Shown here: piece after piece, positions 30,293 to 46,409 of the stretch
Layout of the letters: each line of letters begins with the position of its first letter
Numbering within the stretch: the stretch's first letter is position 1
DNA from: Octopus vulgaris
Taxonomy: Eukaryota
Direction: 5' to 3'
DNA: 64,000 nucleotides
Assembly: GCA_951406725.2 (NCBI GenBank)
Contig: OX597817.1
Coordinates: forward strand, 135,966,001 to 136,030,000
Notes under the pieces: model-generated
The model's database searches: none
Seen by the model: the letters and a program-made list of their open reading frames with translations, nothing else
Told to the model about the DNA's origin: nothing
Translations under genes and position numbers: made by a program

Positions 30293-30315
30293 CATTATTA
30301 TTATTGAGGATGATG

Positions 30316-30355
<40 letters not shown>

Positions 30356-30374
30356 TAGTAATAATAATAATAAC

Positions 30375-30414
<40 letters not shown>

Positions 30415-30459
30415 GCAATAGTAATAATAATAATAACAATAATAATAATAATAATAATG

Positions 30460-30570
<111 letters not shown>

Positions 30571-30640
30571 GTTCCTTGGAACCGCCCGAATATTCTGGAA
30601 GGTGCTCGAAAAATGAGAGGCGTTAGCGTTAGAAGCTGTA
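30571..30640 (+). mobile_element. Extreme 3' stub of R4/Dong family 3
   Basis: FLGTARIFWKVLEK* plus GCGTTAGAAGCTGT, directly after (AAT)n. Confidence 0.7.
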
Positions 30641-31101
30641 CTACCACCACCACTACTACTACGACTACAGGCAATTTTATATGCTGTGAAATGTAAACAA
30701 AGCTGTTAACGTTCCCATTTACCAGAAAAATTTTCTGGTCACGACTGGCTGGTTTCTAGATTCCTTAGACATTCATCAGGGATGGAATATCAATCATGCT
30801 TCCAGGGAAATATTAGTGGCGCAGATAAGATTGACCAGTTTTAGCTGTGTTTTTACTTTGTATCTATTGTAAATAGCTGCAACCTACTGACTATTCCATT
30901 GACGGAAGGTGAGGTTCGAATAAATCAAGGTCCACCAAGAAACCAAGGAAACGAGTCAGATTGTTCCCTCGTTGTCTCTCTACACAGAGGCAAAATCTGT
31001 GATGGAGTCACAGCATTTATATGAAACAACAAAACTAAAATTGTTTGTTTATTGAGAAAGGAAGATATACTTTATATTACATGACAAATGTGTGTGTACA
31101 T

Positions 31102-31152
<51 letters not shown>

Positions 31153-31240
31153 TAACCGCAGACACTTAAAAGGATGTGTATATATATATATGTATGTATA
31201 TATATATATATATATGTATGTGTATGTATGTATGTATATG

Positions 31241-31295
<55 letters not shown>

Positions 31296-31318
31296 GTATG
31301 TATGTATGTATGTATGTG

Positions 31319-31371
<53 letters not shown>

Positions 31372-31815
31372 ATATATATACAGAGGGAGACACAGAGAGA
31401 GAAAGAGAGAGAGAGAGAGCGGGTGAGAGTGAAGAAGAAGTAGAGCGAGTGAGTTGAGGGAGTGAGAGGGTTGCCTTCTGACATTACTTAAAATTTCACG
31501 AATGTTTGATCAATCAGACATGTTGTTCAGGAGACAAATATAAAGAAAGTGTGAGGAAACGAGAGGGCAAGTGTAAGGGAGATAAGATAGAGTGAGAGAG
31601 GGGAGGGAGAAATGGAGTAGGAGGGAAAGAGGGAAAGAAAGATAAAAGCAAGAACCAAATGAAGACAGTGACTATAAGAGAAATAAGGGTAAAGAGAGTT
31701 GAAGAGCAGAGGTGAGAGGTAAAGTTAAGGAGGTTAAGGAAAAAGACAGGATAGAGAGATAGAGAGATAGAGAGATGAAGAGGGAGAGAGAAAGAAATAG
31801 AGTCAGACAGTCACC

Positions 31816-31873
<58 letters not shown>

Positions 31874-31874
31874 T

Positions 31875-31932
<58 letters not shown>

Positions 31933-31948
31933 AGACAGACAGACAGAC

Positions 31949-32004
<56 letters not shown>

Positions 32005-32116
32005 GATAGATAGATGGATAGATAGATAGATAGATGATAGATAGATAAGTAGGTAGGTAGGTAGGTAGGCTGATAGAAAGGTCGATAGATAGAGAAACAG
32101 ATAGATATATAACGTA

Positions 32117-32161
<45 letters not shown>

Positions 32162-32247
32162 AGAGAAAGATTGAGAGAGAGACAAAGACAGGCAGACAGG
32201 TAGATAGACAGATACATACATAATACATACTATACACATAAATACGC

Positions 32248-32333
<86 letters not shown>

Positions 32334-32358
32334 GTATATATATATATATATAGATAGA

Positions 32359-32444
<86 letters not shown>

Positions 32445-32925
32445 TATTTCTTTATTGTCCACAAGGGGATAAACATAGAGGGAACAAACAAGGACAGACA
32501 AAGGGATTAAGTTGATTACATCGACCCCAGTGCGTAACTGGTACTTTATTTATCGACCCCCAAAAGGATGAAAGGCAAAGTCAACCTCAGCGGGATTTGA
32601 ACTCAGAACGTAACGGCAGATGAAATACCGCTAAGCATTTTGCCTGCTGTGCTAACGTTTCTGCAGATAGATAGATAGATAGATAGATAGATATGCGTAT
32701 TTTTACATCTAGATGTAGCTCGATAGATATAAAGATAACGATAAGAAGATAAAGGTGCGCATGTGCGTATGCGCTTGTTTGTCTTTATATCTACTCGCTC
32801 ACGCTTGTATAGATACACACGCACACACGCACACACTTATATATGTGTATATATATATACATCTATATATGCATACATATATATATATATATAAATATGT
32901 GTGTATGTTGGTATGTATATATTTG

Positions 32926-33008
<83 letters not shown>

Positions 33009-33267
33009 GTGTGCGTATGTATACATTCACGCAGACATACATACATACATACACACACATACACACACACATATATATACACAGAGAGAGAGAGAGAGGG
33101 AGAGGGAGAGAGCGTTGCTATTTTATTTCTTATTCTTATTGAATTTTATTTCGTTTGTTTATCATGTCTGTAGCACGGTTAGATGGTCGGTGGCTGATTA
33201 TTTAACGTTGTTGTTGTTGTTGTTGTTGTTACTGTCGTCGTCGTCGTCGATGATGATGACGATGATA

Positions 33268-33300
<33 letters not shown>

Positions 33301-33432
33301 ACATTGTTGTTGTGTCTCCGCGCCCTCACTCCTCCTCCTCCTCCATCACCAAATCAATAGCAACTATTTCCTACAAGGAAATATGATTGTCCTTGGTTGC
33401 TGTTGTTGTTGCTATTATTATTATTATCATCA

Positions 33433-33479
<47 letters not shown>

Positions 33480-33736
33480 TGTGGTGGTGATGGTGGTGGT
33501 GTCGCTTCAGTTGTTGTTGTTGTTGTTGTTGCTGCTGCTGCTGTAATTCTCGATGTTGTTGCGATAAATAAACAAAACGCCACAAACAAACACAATAAAC
33601 CAGAGAGTCAATTGTGGAATCTAGGTCAAACAACTGTAGTCTAAGCTGAGTAAACAAAACTATTATGGCGGCCATCTTGGTTTCGAGTTGTTGTCTTTGG
33701 TGGAATTGGAAACACATACTTGTCTGCCGCTGCTGT

Positions 33737-33767
<31 letters not shown>

Positions 33768-33902
33768 ATTGTTTAGGTGGTGTCTGTGGCGGTAGCGGTG
33801 ATGCGGTGTGGCGTTGCAGTGTTCCGGTGCTGTTATGGTGTTCTGTTGCTGTGTTGATGTGGTGGCGTTAATGGATTGATATTCTGTTACGGACATGTGT
33901 TT

Positions 33903-33935
<33 letters not shown>

Positions 33936-34674
33936 GTTGTGGTGGAGGTGATTGTTGTCATTCTTATTTACTGTTGTTTCTGTTTTTGTAGTGGTGGCAG
34001 TGGTAGCGGTGGTAGTTGAGGTCGACTTTGCCTTTCATCCTTTCGGGGTCGATTAAATAAGTACCAGTTGCGCACTGGGGTCGATATAATCGACTTAATC
34101 CGTTTGTCTGTCCTTGTTTGTCCTCTCTGTGTTTAGCCTCTTGTGGGTAGTAAAGAAATAGGTGGTAGCAGTGGTAGCGGTAGTGGTGATAGTGGTGGTG
34201 GTGGTGGTGATTGTGGTGGTGGTGGTGGTGGTAGCGGCGGCGGCGGCGGTGGTCGTCGTCGTCATCGTCGTGTCAATACTGCTGCTCCTCTGCAGCAAAG
34301 GTTTCGTGAATTTTTGTTTGTCATAGCAGAGAAAAACGATATGCAAGACAAAAACCCTAGTTTCATGTTCTGTGCCCTGATCCGCAGATATAAAACCCTG
34401 ATTCTTTTCTTTATCAAATCTCACAAAGGTGTATATTTCCTCTGTGTATTCTGAAGACCTAGAATACATTTCGTTGTTCTTTGGCCCGAATCATATTGAT
34501 TACTGATGATCGTTGACTGTCGACATCAGGATATAAATTCCTCACCTGGAATTCTCAAGAATGATTTTAGAAAGTGTTCCCAATCAGTCTTTTCCCGCCC
34601 CTTCCCCTCCCTTGCAACAAATTCTCCATGACTCTATATGATCAGGCTAACGATCAGGAGGACAAAGTTTTTAA

Positions 34675-34866
34675 TACATTATTTACATTATTTACATTTG
34701 ACGGATATTTGTCCTCATCTTGTTTGTTGTTAACACAGTGTTTCGGCTGATATACCCCCCAGCCTTCATCAGGTGTCTTGGGGAAATTTAGTACCTGGGT
34801 TCTCATTCCTAAGGTATTTTTCCGATGTTATTTTTATTATCATCGCCATCACAATCATTGTCATTG

Positions 34867-34922
<56 letters not shown>

Positions 34923-34933
34923 ACCACCACCAA

Positions 34934-34981
<48 letters not shown>

Positions 34982-35060
34982 TATCATTATTATTATTATT
35001 ATCATTATTAATCAGGTCTCTGCCTGGAATCGAACTCGGAATCATGAGGTTAGTAGCCCC

Positions 35061-35136
<76 letters not shown>

Positions 35137-35312
35137 TCGGGAAAATACCTTAGGAATGAGAACCCAGGTTCGAAATTTTCCCCAAGACACCTGATGAAGG
35201 CTTGGAGGGTATATCAGCCGAAACGTTGTGTTAACAACAAACAAGATGAGGACAAATATCCGTCAAATGTAAATAATGTAAATAATTCTTCGTCTCTAAA
35301 ATATAGAACTGT
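34675..35312 (-). mobile_element. tRNA head + (TAA)n + hammerhead composite element with inverted 5' duplication
   Basis: Arms 34675-34827 and 35135-35288 are inverted copies; the 35011-35060 core reads GGGG-CTACTAA-CCTC ATGATT CCGAGTTCGATTCC on the minus strand (anticodon-like arm and B box). Confidence 0.7.
35186..35232 (+). ncRNA. Minimal type-I hammerhead ribozyme
   Basis: gacac CTGATGA a GGCT(t)G...CAGCC GAAA CG TT gtgtt; loop-less palindromic stem III AACGTT. Confidence 0.7.
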
Positions 35313-36684
35313 AAAATTGCTAATGTTCGGGCTGTGCTACAAGGTTCACAGAAAGCCATGTGACCCTTTAATGATGGAAGCTGTTCGGGTCTGACAATGC
35401 GTTTGTTTCGATTATGGAAAAAGTTGTAGCAAGTTCTAGCGATATAAAATCTTTTAAAGACAAGTTACCACCTTCTGTGAAACCATCAGAAGAAGGATCA
35501 ATTCCTTCCCGAGGGCCTTCTCAATTACAGTACCCCTCGACGTCGTAACTGCTCAGATAAATCAATGGTAGCCTCTGTTCCTGGACGAGAAATTTGTCAA
35601 GAATCGTCCATTCAAAATTCTGTCAAACGGAATTCTGTTTTGCATTGCAGAAACCTTCAGCAGAAGGACCAATTGTAAGCAGGCACGAAGTGCAAATGCC
35701 ACTGTATAATACGGTATTCTTCAGCCAGAAAGATGCCTTGGTAAACGATGTGGATGTGATGCTATGCGTGACATCCACGTTTGGAAAGTAGCGGCATGGT
35801 GCCAAAGGTGTCGAGTTTCTATGATATGAAATTCTGTAGAGTTTATCGTAGTTTTATTTATTTTTTTATGTTTTGTTTCAAACAATTTAAATGCATATTA
35901 AAAAAGGAAAAAAAACTCAGAGATTTCTTCGGTTAATATTCATTAAAAAAAAATCCTTTAGGGAGCATCGCGCCAAATATGCGGCTTTTATCCGCGGTAA
36001 CGACCATTTCACCGAATCACCTGACTGAATGTGAGAAATCAATATTATTGGTTTGTCTCAAATAATGTTGTTACCACGACCACACAAAACAATAACCCAT
36101 CATTTTACACACACACACACACACACACACATTTGTGTTTGAAAACACTAAACATATTTAAATATCTTCTTCAACTGGTCAACTTGTCTGTGAAGTTTTT
36201 CTCGTTTCTATTTTGGAGTCGGCGGGCGCGGTCAGGTGAACATCACCGCAAAAGAATTTCCGCCATTGCTAAGGTGACAACAGGAAATTGGCCGGCTTTT
36301 CCCCGGAAATTAACTTCATCTCTTTCTAACTGTTGACACAATTCAAAGTCTTAGATGCTAACAATCAAAGAATGACTTGAGTTGCGTAAAAACGGCTTCT
36401 CTTGTTTCTTCGTTTTCTCTCCATTTTGAAACGTAACCAGCAAATAGATTAAGTCACGTGTCAGTATGACATATCGTGTGTGTGTATGTATGTATGTGTG
36501 CGTGTGTGTATGTGTGTGTATCAAAAGAGGTGGTGGTGGTGCTGCTGGTGGTGGTGGTAGATAAGCGCCAAAGACAAGAAAATAGACAATCAAAGGAACA
36601 AAAGTACAATCGTTGATCCAGAAACAAGTCGGAAACTAGATAGAAACTGTTAAAATCATATTAACCATATCAAACCTAAGAACG

Positions 36685-36747
<63 letters not shown>

Positions 36748-37868
36748 CGTGTGTGTGCGTGGTGTATGTGGTTGTGTTTTTATGTTTGTTTTATGTGTAT
36801 GTGGTTGTTTGTGTATGTGCATTTATATGCATATGTATTTATGTGTGCGCGCATGTGTATGTGGTTATTTTTGTGTTTGCGCACGTGGTTGTTTCTATGT
36901 ATGTTTATGTGGGTATATATATTTGTGTGTGTGTTAAAATGAGTGTGTAGCTGTATATATATGTGTGTGTGTGTGTGTGTATGTATGTGTGTGTATATCT
37001 TTGCGCGCGCGTGTGTTATTATTTATGTGTGTGTGTGTTTATGCGTATCCTTGTTTATGTGTTTACTTATGTGCATATGTATGTGTACTTGTGCTTGTGT
37101 GTGTGTGTATTTGCATGTGTGAATGTTTATGTTCGTACGTGTTTATGTGCATGTATTTGTATGTCAGTGAGTGTTTATGTGCGTCCTTGTATGTGTGTTT
37201 ACTAACGTGTATGAATGTGTGCGTGTGTATTTTGGCGTCTATTCCTATGGTTGTGTATGTATGCGTATATATGTGTGTGTGAGCGTGCGGTTTTAATTAA
37301 TATATGGAGGAACATCATGTTAAAGCTGAATATAAAACGCTACATTTAATGAATCAGACATGTCATGCATTAAACATGCATCAAAACGCTACATGTAATG
37401 GTGACCACAATGTCTCAAGTACAGTTAAAAATATCACCTGACCACGTCTTAGTTGTAAGCAATCGTATACCACGTGATCTCACAAGTACTTGAAAACATA
37501 CGCGTTCATTGGTTGTTATGAAACCACGCGGGTGTTAGCCACCATTTCAACGAACCCGGAACAGAAAACAAACTGCAATAAAAGCAAAATGCCATAGGAA
37601 AAATCGCGGGAAATCTTTAAAAATCACCGAATCAATGGTTTTTATTTGTTTTTTAAAAGTTCTTCAATAAAACATGACTTATTTACATGTCACGTGTTTA
37701 TATAAACGGAATTGTCATTGAATAAAACTGACTGAAAATATTCTATTTATTCATTTATTACTATTTCATTTATTGTTTATTATTTATAGTATTTAAATGG
37801 ATTAGAAAATTACTATTTGTAAATCTCACAACGAGAGATATTAAGCAACAGTACTTTGGTGTAAAGAT

Positions 37869-38143
37869 TTTTTGCTAACATAACATGGCAGTCCTGGATT
37901 AGGACGACTGTGGCTATAATTTAGTCCCAGGAGACATCGTCTCCAGCTGGCTATACGACACGATCTGTGTCCTTATATTTTCAAACAAGGGAATCTAGCA
38001 CCCCCACTCAGCTCAAAACAATATCTGTGTATCGCGATTTCCGTGGCTAAATTACTAAATATCTTAGTATCGTGATATCTCCTGGGGCTAATTTACAGCA
38101 ACATTTGTCCTAAACCAGGAATGCCATGTTATGTTGGCAAAAA
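37869..38143. mobile_element. MITE with ~68-bp imperfect TIRs
   Basis: TTTTTGCTAACATAACATGGCAGTCCTGG... versus ...CCAGGAATGCCATGTTATGTTGGCAAAAA. Confidence 0.8.
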
Positions 38144-38547
38144 TTTAAATGGAGTTTAATGTATTTTCCTTTGGCTTTTTTCCTTCACCTATTTCCGATT
38201 ACCGTCGCAGCATCACGTGATTAGGAACTTAGGACGCTATGTGGTCACAGTTATGGGCCTTACAACAATATAGCTGCGGGAGAAATGACTGCATAGAAAA
38301 CACAAACACGCTTGGATATCACACTCGTATGACAGTGAGCTTTAAAATGTTTAATTAACTGGAATTAAGTATGAAATTAATGAAGAAAATTTCTCTTTAG
38401 GCTAAAGTTATTGTTGTAAGATATCCTGAGAGGGTTTTGTGTTTACTAATTACATAGATAATCTCAGTTAATCAAAATTTTACCACTATCAAATATGAGA
38501 GGTTTTAATATTTTTGAATTTAAAGTATAGAAGCAGTGCCTCTACCT

Positions 38548-38619
<72 letters not shown>

Positions 38620-38974
38620 GGGTCATCACTTTAGGTAAACAAAATAAGTGTGCACCTGTGTAGAGTTGTTACTGAGAAAGTATGACAAACCTGAGAATCT
38701 TGCAATCGACTAATGTCTGGATAAATGTAATATTTGATGCCATCAATAGCACCTGGCAGTGTCAGGCCACGTATCAGCAGAATAAAGAGAAGGAAATACG
38801 GAAAGAGAGCTGTAAAATAGACAACCTGGAACAGAAAGCAAAGAGAAAAATGTATTCATTTGAAATTGTGCATTAGTTGCCAGAGAAAATCAAAAAGACA
38901 AAGGCATATAGTGGGACAATCATACGAATGGATAAACTTGAAGATCTGTGGTGTAATGTTTACTTAAAAACTAT

Positions 38975-39015
<41 letters not shown>

Positions 39016-39045
39016 ATTGTATTGTATTATATATTATATATTATA

Positions 39046-39269
39046 CTAGCGGGACCCGTGAATATTTCACGGAATTAATAGTAAACCTATTGGGTTATTT
39101 CTGAAAACTTTATCTCCAAAACATGAAAGCCTGTGTTGTGTCTGCATCAAAAGATAATCGCTCATCTGCTAATCATTGAAAAGTGAAGGAAATTGGGATA
39201 CGATGATTACTTAATGCACTTTATATATACACTTTATATACTTTATGCATAATTTTATAGATTTAATAC
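39046..39269 (-). mobile_element. Helitron 3' end
   Basis: Minus strand CCGTGAAATATTCACGG hairpin, GTCCCG, CTAG|T; homologous to 6360-6567. Confidence 0.7.
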
Positions 39270-39884
39270 ACAACACTCTCCCTCTTTCTCTCTCACTCTT
39301 CACCTTACCCTCTTTTTCTCTCTCCTTTTTCTTTCGTTCTTCGCCTTTCTCTTCAACTAGTCACGGGAATACGTTACAGACGGGCTAAATAACGGAGGAA
39401 AAAAAGCTTACACATTTCACTCACTTATAAGAGTGAAATATATTCATTGCTTTCAGCAGTCTGTGTAAAAGACTAGTTATACCCATTGATAAGGTCACAG
39501 ATGTAGAAGCACATGTCTTTGAGTGTTACTCATGATCATAAGATTGTGGTTTCGATTCCTGGACTGGGTGATGTGTTGTGTTCTTGAGTAAGATACTTTT
39601 AATTTTACGCTGTTTTTATTTACTCTGCAGGCGAAAATGAGTATTCCTGGGACAGACCGGTGTCTTATCCGAGGGACATGTATCGATGCCACATAATTCT
39701 GGAAACCGGTTTTATGGGCCTAGGTCTCGCGAAGGGCCTTTGGTCCCTTTTCATATCCATAGATATCTCCATCTATATACTCACATCTGCATCACCATTC
39801 TTTTTCTTCTTTACAGCCCTCATTCATTGTTGATTTTCAACTACCCTTGCAGGAAATAACCCGGAATAAATCGAGAGCCTTCAC

Positions 39885-40938
<1,054 letters not shown>

Positions 40939-41032
40939 TTCACTCCACTAGTCTTACATAGGAAACTCAACAACCAGCTCCGTGTTTAGTGTCCAATACT
41001 CACAACTGAGGTATATACAACACACACACACA

Positions 41033-41085
<53 letters not shown>

Positions 41086-41143
41086 TAGTCCATGTAGTGC
41101 ATAGTTACTGCAGTTACCATAGCTACGCCATACATTGTTTATA

Positions 41144-41378
41144 CAGGTTGTTCAAAAAGTCTCTCCACAGTGAATTTTTTCATCCTGTACATCACCACGC
41201 CGCTACTTGAAGAGTTTTTCGGGGAACGGATTATTTCGAAGGAACTTTGGCCACCAAGATCACCTGATCTAATACCGCCAGATTTTTTTTTTCTGGGGAG
41301 CAAGTAAAGGATCAGTGTACAAAAATCGCCCGAAAACCATTAAATACTCACTGCGGAGAGATTTTTTTGAACACCCTA
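41144..41378 (+). mobile_element. Internally deleted Tc1/mariner-superfamily element
   Basis: TIRs CAGGTTGTTCAAAAAGTCTCTCCACAGTGA / TCACTGCGGAGAGATTTTTTTGAACACCCTA, TA flanks, internal RIISKELWPPRSPDLIPPDFF. Confidence 0.85.
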
Positions 41379-43530
41379 TATCATTCAGTGCGTATACTGT
41401 TGTGTTTGTATTGTACAGTGTTTACTCTATGCAATGGTTATCTTGTACAACGCTTATATTATGCAGTGTATAGATTACTCATTGTTTATACGGTACAATT
41501 TCAGACATTACATCCTCCGATCTTCCGTTGATAGTGAGCAGTTATTATTTATCATAATTTTAGCTGCAACTGGTTGTTTTTATTCTAGTGACAATGTTTT
41601 TCTTCTTTAACGCTATCACCCTTCAGATCTGTTTACCTTTTCACTGGTCACGATGGAGATATTTCCTCATAAATAACTTTGCTTAAATTAATCTTTTCAT
41701 CACCTTTATACAAATCGTATTCACGCACACATCTTTTGTCAGTCCCCATCGAGATTAGATTCAAGTTCGAGAGACTGCAATGAAGAGCAGAGGACGAGTG
41801 AAGCCAGCAAGGGAGGTGGTTTGACCTACACAAGAATAGGAGAGATCAGGAGACATTCATCCCCAATTTTTCTACAAATCTGAAATCTTACATCTTCTGA
41901 AGCTTTTCCATGGACAAACAAAACATTTTTTTCCAAAATCAACGAAAACGGCTTTAAAAAAAAATGCAAAGCAAAAAATGGATCACCAACGTTTTGCACC
42001 CCTTACTCTCCTCCTTTATCTTTCTCTGTCTTTCTCTGTCTCTCTCCATCTCTCTCCGGCTCTGTCTGTCTGTCTCTCTCCTTCCTTCTCCTCCCCCTCT
42101 CTAATCCTTACACGGCTACTTTAAAGATCCTTTTCACTTTTCTTCTTTTCACCTCTACTCTGGTAGCTCACCACATATATTTCTTCCTAATCGCTCCTCT
42201 CAATAATTATACTTTACTAAAATTCCGTCCCTGTCCATTTTCTCCAACGGAGAAATTAAACCGGAAGAAACTCAAGAATATTTATTGCATTGGCCTCAAC
42301 CATCTTCAAGTTTCTGCTGTTGTTTTGGTGCTTCTGGTTGTCTCTTTGCCTTTCTTCCACCTCGGACTATTCTAGGTTCATTATTGATAGAAAGGGAAAC
42401 CAAGGTGTGACTATTAGGGTTATGAAGGGAGAACAAAGAAGTGTGTATATTGAGAGAGGGTGGGGGTAAATGAGAGAGAATAAGGTGAAAGCGAGAATAT
42501 ATTAGATGTAGTGAGGTAATAAGGTGAAACGATCGGAATGTTGGTTTATGAGATCGTTTGAACATTGGAATAGTGGAATGACAGCTAGCAGGAATATAGG
42601 AATAAATGAAAGAAGCGGGAAATAGAGATGCGATGGGGGCGGGGGAGTAGCAGAGAAGGAAGTGAGAGTAAAATGATAATAAGAAGAGTGGGAAGAAGTG
42701 AGTGGTAGGAAGAGAGAAGGAACGAGTAAGACAGAGGTGAAGAGAAAGATGTGAGGGTGACCGAAAGAAGTGACTGAGAAAGAGAAAGAGAGAGAGGGAG
42801 GTGTATTTTTGACCTTGTCTTGTAATTACTCTCTTCTCCTTCCTCCCCCTTCCATCCCCCCTCCTCTTGGGAAGGACGGAAGAGCGAGGAACTCTCAGAA
42901 GAGAGAAAATGTGTATGTGTGTGTGTGCGTGTGTATGCGTGGATGTGTGTGTATATGTGCATGTGTGTATTTGCATGTGTATATGTATATGTATGTGTGT
43001 ATGCGTGTGTGTGTATGTGTGTTTATGTGTATATGTGTGTGTATGTGTGTATTTGTGTGTCTATGTGTGTATGTGTGTCTATGTGTGTATGTGTGTGTAT
43101 GTGTGTGTGTATGTGTGTATGTGTGTGTATGTGTGTCTATGTGTGTATGTGTGTGTATGTATGTGTCTGCATGTGTGTATGTGCGTGTGTATGTGAGTCA
43201 GTGAGTGAGAAAATAATGTAAGATGGGGACACATATAAAATGGAAGAGATACGTGCGTATGTGTCTACACACACACACACGTACAGACACTCACACAAAC
43301 ATATATGGAGAGAGAGAGAGACGAAGGAGAAAGAAAGGGAGAAGAGAGGGAGAGAGAGAGACTTGAGAAGGGTGTGGTACCCACACAATTATATTTGTTC
43401 TATAAAACATGTTTTCTAAATCGGTTAAAACAACTTTTTAACTTTGATTGTCAACAATTATTGTTTCTGTAAATAATAACAGAGACAGACAGACAGAGGC
43501 AAAGAGACGGAGAAACAGAGAGAATGTGTT

Positions 43531-43637
<107 letters not shown>

Positions 43638-44259
43638 GTGTGTGCGTGTTGTGTGTGCGTTTCTTAAATGCATCCGCTTCATTCGAAATAAGGAAGCAAT
43701 TTGCACCACTCTCTACAAGCATATGTACCAACACACGCGCGCACGCGGATACATACACACACATTTGCATGTAACATTTACATAGTAGAAGACACAGCTG
43801 AACCATTCCAAAACACACCAAACCAGTTACATCCAATCGTCGTTTAATTATTAATAGTTCTGTCTATCATGAAATATCAAAAAGTTTCGTCACACTTCTG
43901 CGTCAGTTCCACCACAGCTGTTGTAAACCTGTTAATGACAAGAATTTATGAACCTCTCTCATTTCCCCGGAATTTTTCTTTCCTTTTGTCTTATCTTGTT
44001 TGTTTCTTTTCTTAGTTACATTAAATTTCTAAAATGCTACTTTAATAAAAAGTTATTTCATATTTTGGGTAACTTTTGAGGGTCACTGTGAGACTACTTT
44101 GGGACAACTATGGGTCTTCTGTTTTCAAATTTTAATCACGGACATCTTAAGTCAATTCCTTTTCTTGCTCTGCATTTCTTCATTTGTTGCATTACCCTTA
44201 TTTTTATTTTATTTAAATATCACATAATAATAATACATTTTGATTTTCGGACCTTAAAT

Positions 44260-44466
44260 GTAGAGCTGGCTTTGGTTGACGGACAAGACTCGAAACAAGA
44301 GACAGAAATGCGAATTATAGCCGCTCGGGAACAAGCCCTTAGAACAAATCTGATACAGGCAAAGATCGACTAAACTCAAACAGACACCGAATGTAGAATC
44401 TACAGGAAAAGTTACGAAAGTATCGATCACCTTTTCATAGATTTCGATACGTTCGCACTAAAAGAG
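44260..44466 (+). mobile_element. R4/Dong-type fragment
   Basis: KQETEMRIIAAREQALRTN...CRIYRKSYESIDHL. Confidence 0.7.
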
Positions 44467-44468
44467 TA

Positions 44469-45290
44469 CGAGTAAAAGACTAAAGGAGACCGGAATTTTG
44501 CAGTATTATTTCATTCACTTAGTTTTACAAGTTTACACTTTTATCACCTTCAAAGTATTCTCCATTTGAAGCAAGGCATCGGTTTAAACGATGCGTTTTC
44601 CTCTACTCGAAGCAGTACTGGACCCCTTGCCAAGTGATGCCTTTTAACGCCTCTATCGGGGTTTTTTTCTTACCTCTTCCACATCTGCAAATTCCATAGC
44701 ACCAGTTTTCGTCACTAGTGATGACTTTCGAAAAAAGGTCCGAATCAGCTTCCAACTGTTCTTTCAGTTCCCGACATACATTCAGTCGTGACTGTTTTTG
44801 ATCTTCCACGAGCAAGCGAGGCACAAATTTTGCTGCAACTCTTTTCATTTGCAATTCCTTGCTCAAAATTCGTTGACAAAAGCTCCAAGACACACCACTC
44901 ATATCAAATAGTTTGTCAATTGTTCGGTAATGGTCCTCCAATTTTCATGATGTTTTCACTCGTTCGGGAAGTCGACGATCGTCCTGAATAAGATTGATTG
45001 TCAAGCGACAAGTGACCATTCCTCAAGCATGAAAACCACTCGTAAACTTGTGTTTTGCTCATGGCAGCGAGCTCGTAAGCTGTTTCAGGCATGACAAGTG
45101 TTTTGGTTGCCATTTTCCGCAGCAGAAAACATTTCACGGAAGCATGCCGTTCCTTTGCTTCAGCTATTGCAAAAATCGATGAACAAGGAGGAAGCACTGC
45201 AAAACAAAGACATACTACGTGGCTGAATCCTGAACTACAACGGGCTTGTCACGTACAGAACGTTTCCGGCTACTTTTGGGTATACCTTCG
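44469..45290 (-). mobile_element. Decayed mariner transposon
   Basis: MSKTQVYEWF...SGRSST, VAAKFVPRLL, VITSDENWCY; degenerate TIRs. Confidence 0.9.
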
Positions 45291-45528
45291 CATAAGCACA
45301 GACATGACTACCCGGGGCTAATGCAAGGGAGTCTACAATTAAGATATTTTTACAAGTTACTTCCCCTGATCTGTGTACTTATTTCGAAAATCCCATTCAG
45401 TCTTGTGTAAACTCCTGTATTCTCATCCAAATTAGAGATGAGTACCAACACTTCCATGTGAAACGCTTGACAATTGTCAATATCTCATCACATGAAACCA
45501 TTGGTTGTCTTTTTAACTCACAAATAAA

Positions 45529-45582
<54 letters not shown>

Positions 45583-45679
45583 GTGTGTGTATCACCGAGC
45601 TCCTCTGCGAATTTGATATTATGTGGTGACCATAATACATACACATATGTACGCTCACACACTCACACACACATATCTC

Positions 45680-45762
<83 letters not shown>

Positions 45763-45778
45763 TAAATAATACATACAG

Positions 45779-45813
<35 letters not shown>

Positions 45814-45829
45814 TATATACATACGTATA

Positions 45830-45901
<72 letters not shown>

Positions 45902-46192
45902 TGTGGGTACAGTACGTCACAAACGTGTACAACAAAAAATACGAAGTATTAGTACATGGTATATGAACTATTTTTTTCGAACAACGAAAGACATAAACGG
46001 AAAGCAAGACAAGCAACACAAAGAACGACCCTTCATCAGTTGTTTGCTGCGAGGATAATCTGGTGCTTGACTGAGGAAAGAAAACTTTGAATGACCCGTC
46101 CTTGTTTTCTTTGTATCGTCTATCTGGATGTTTTGTTGTCCCTTTTTGTATCACCTAGCTCTCCGGATGTTTTACGCTCTTGTCCCATTTTG

Positions 46193-46232
<40 letters not shown>

Positions 46233-46276
46233 ATATATATATATATTTGAATACATATGTATATATATATATACAA

Positions 46277-46340
<64 letters not shown>

Positions 46341-46409
46341 GTGTATATATACATATGTATATATATATATATATATATACACCCACACACACACACATAT
46401 ATATATTCG

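Noticed and set aside
35400-35830. Possible exon or TE coding fragment
   Set aside because: The frames I read contain stops and no recognisable motif
42296-42976. 226-aa ORF
   Set aside because: Starts in a (CA)n tract and has low-complexity CT-rich composition
46030-46100. CTGATGA(-) and CTGAGGA...GAAT(+) hammerhead candidates
   Set aside because: Second core box or stems missing; not counted
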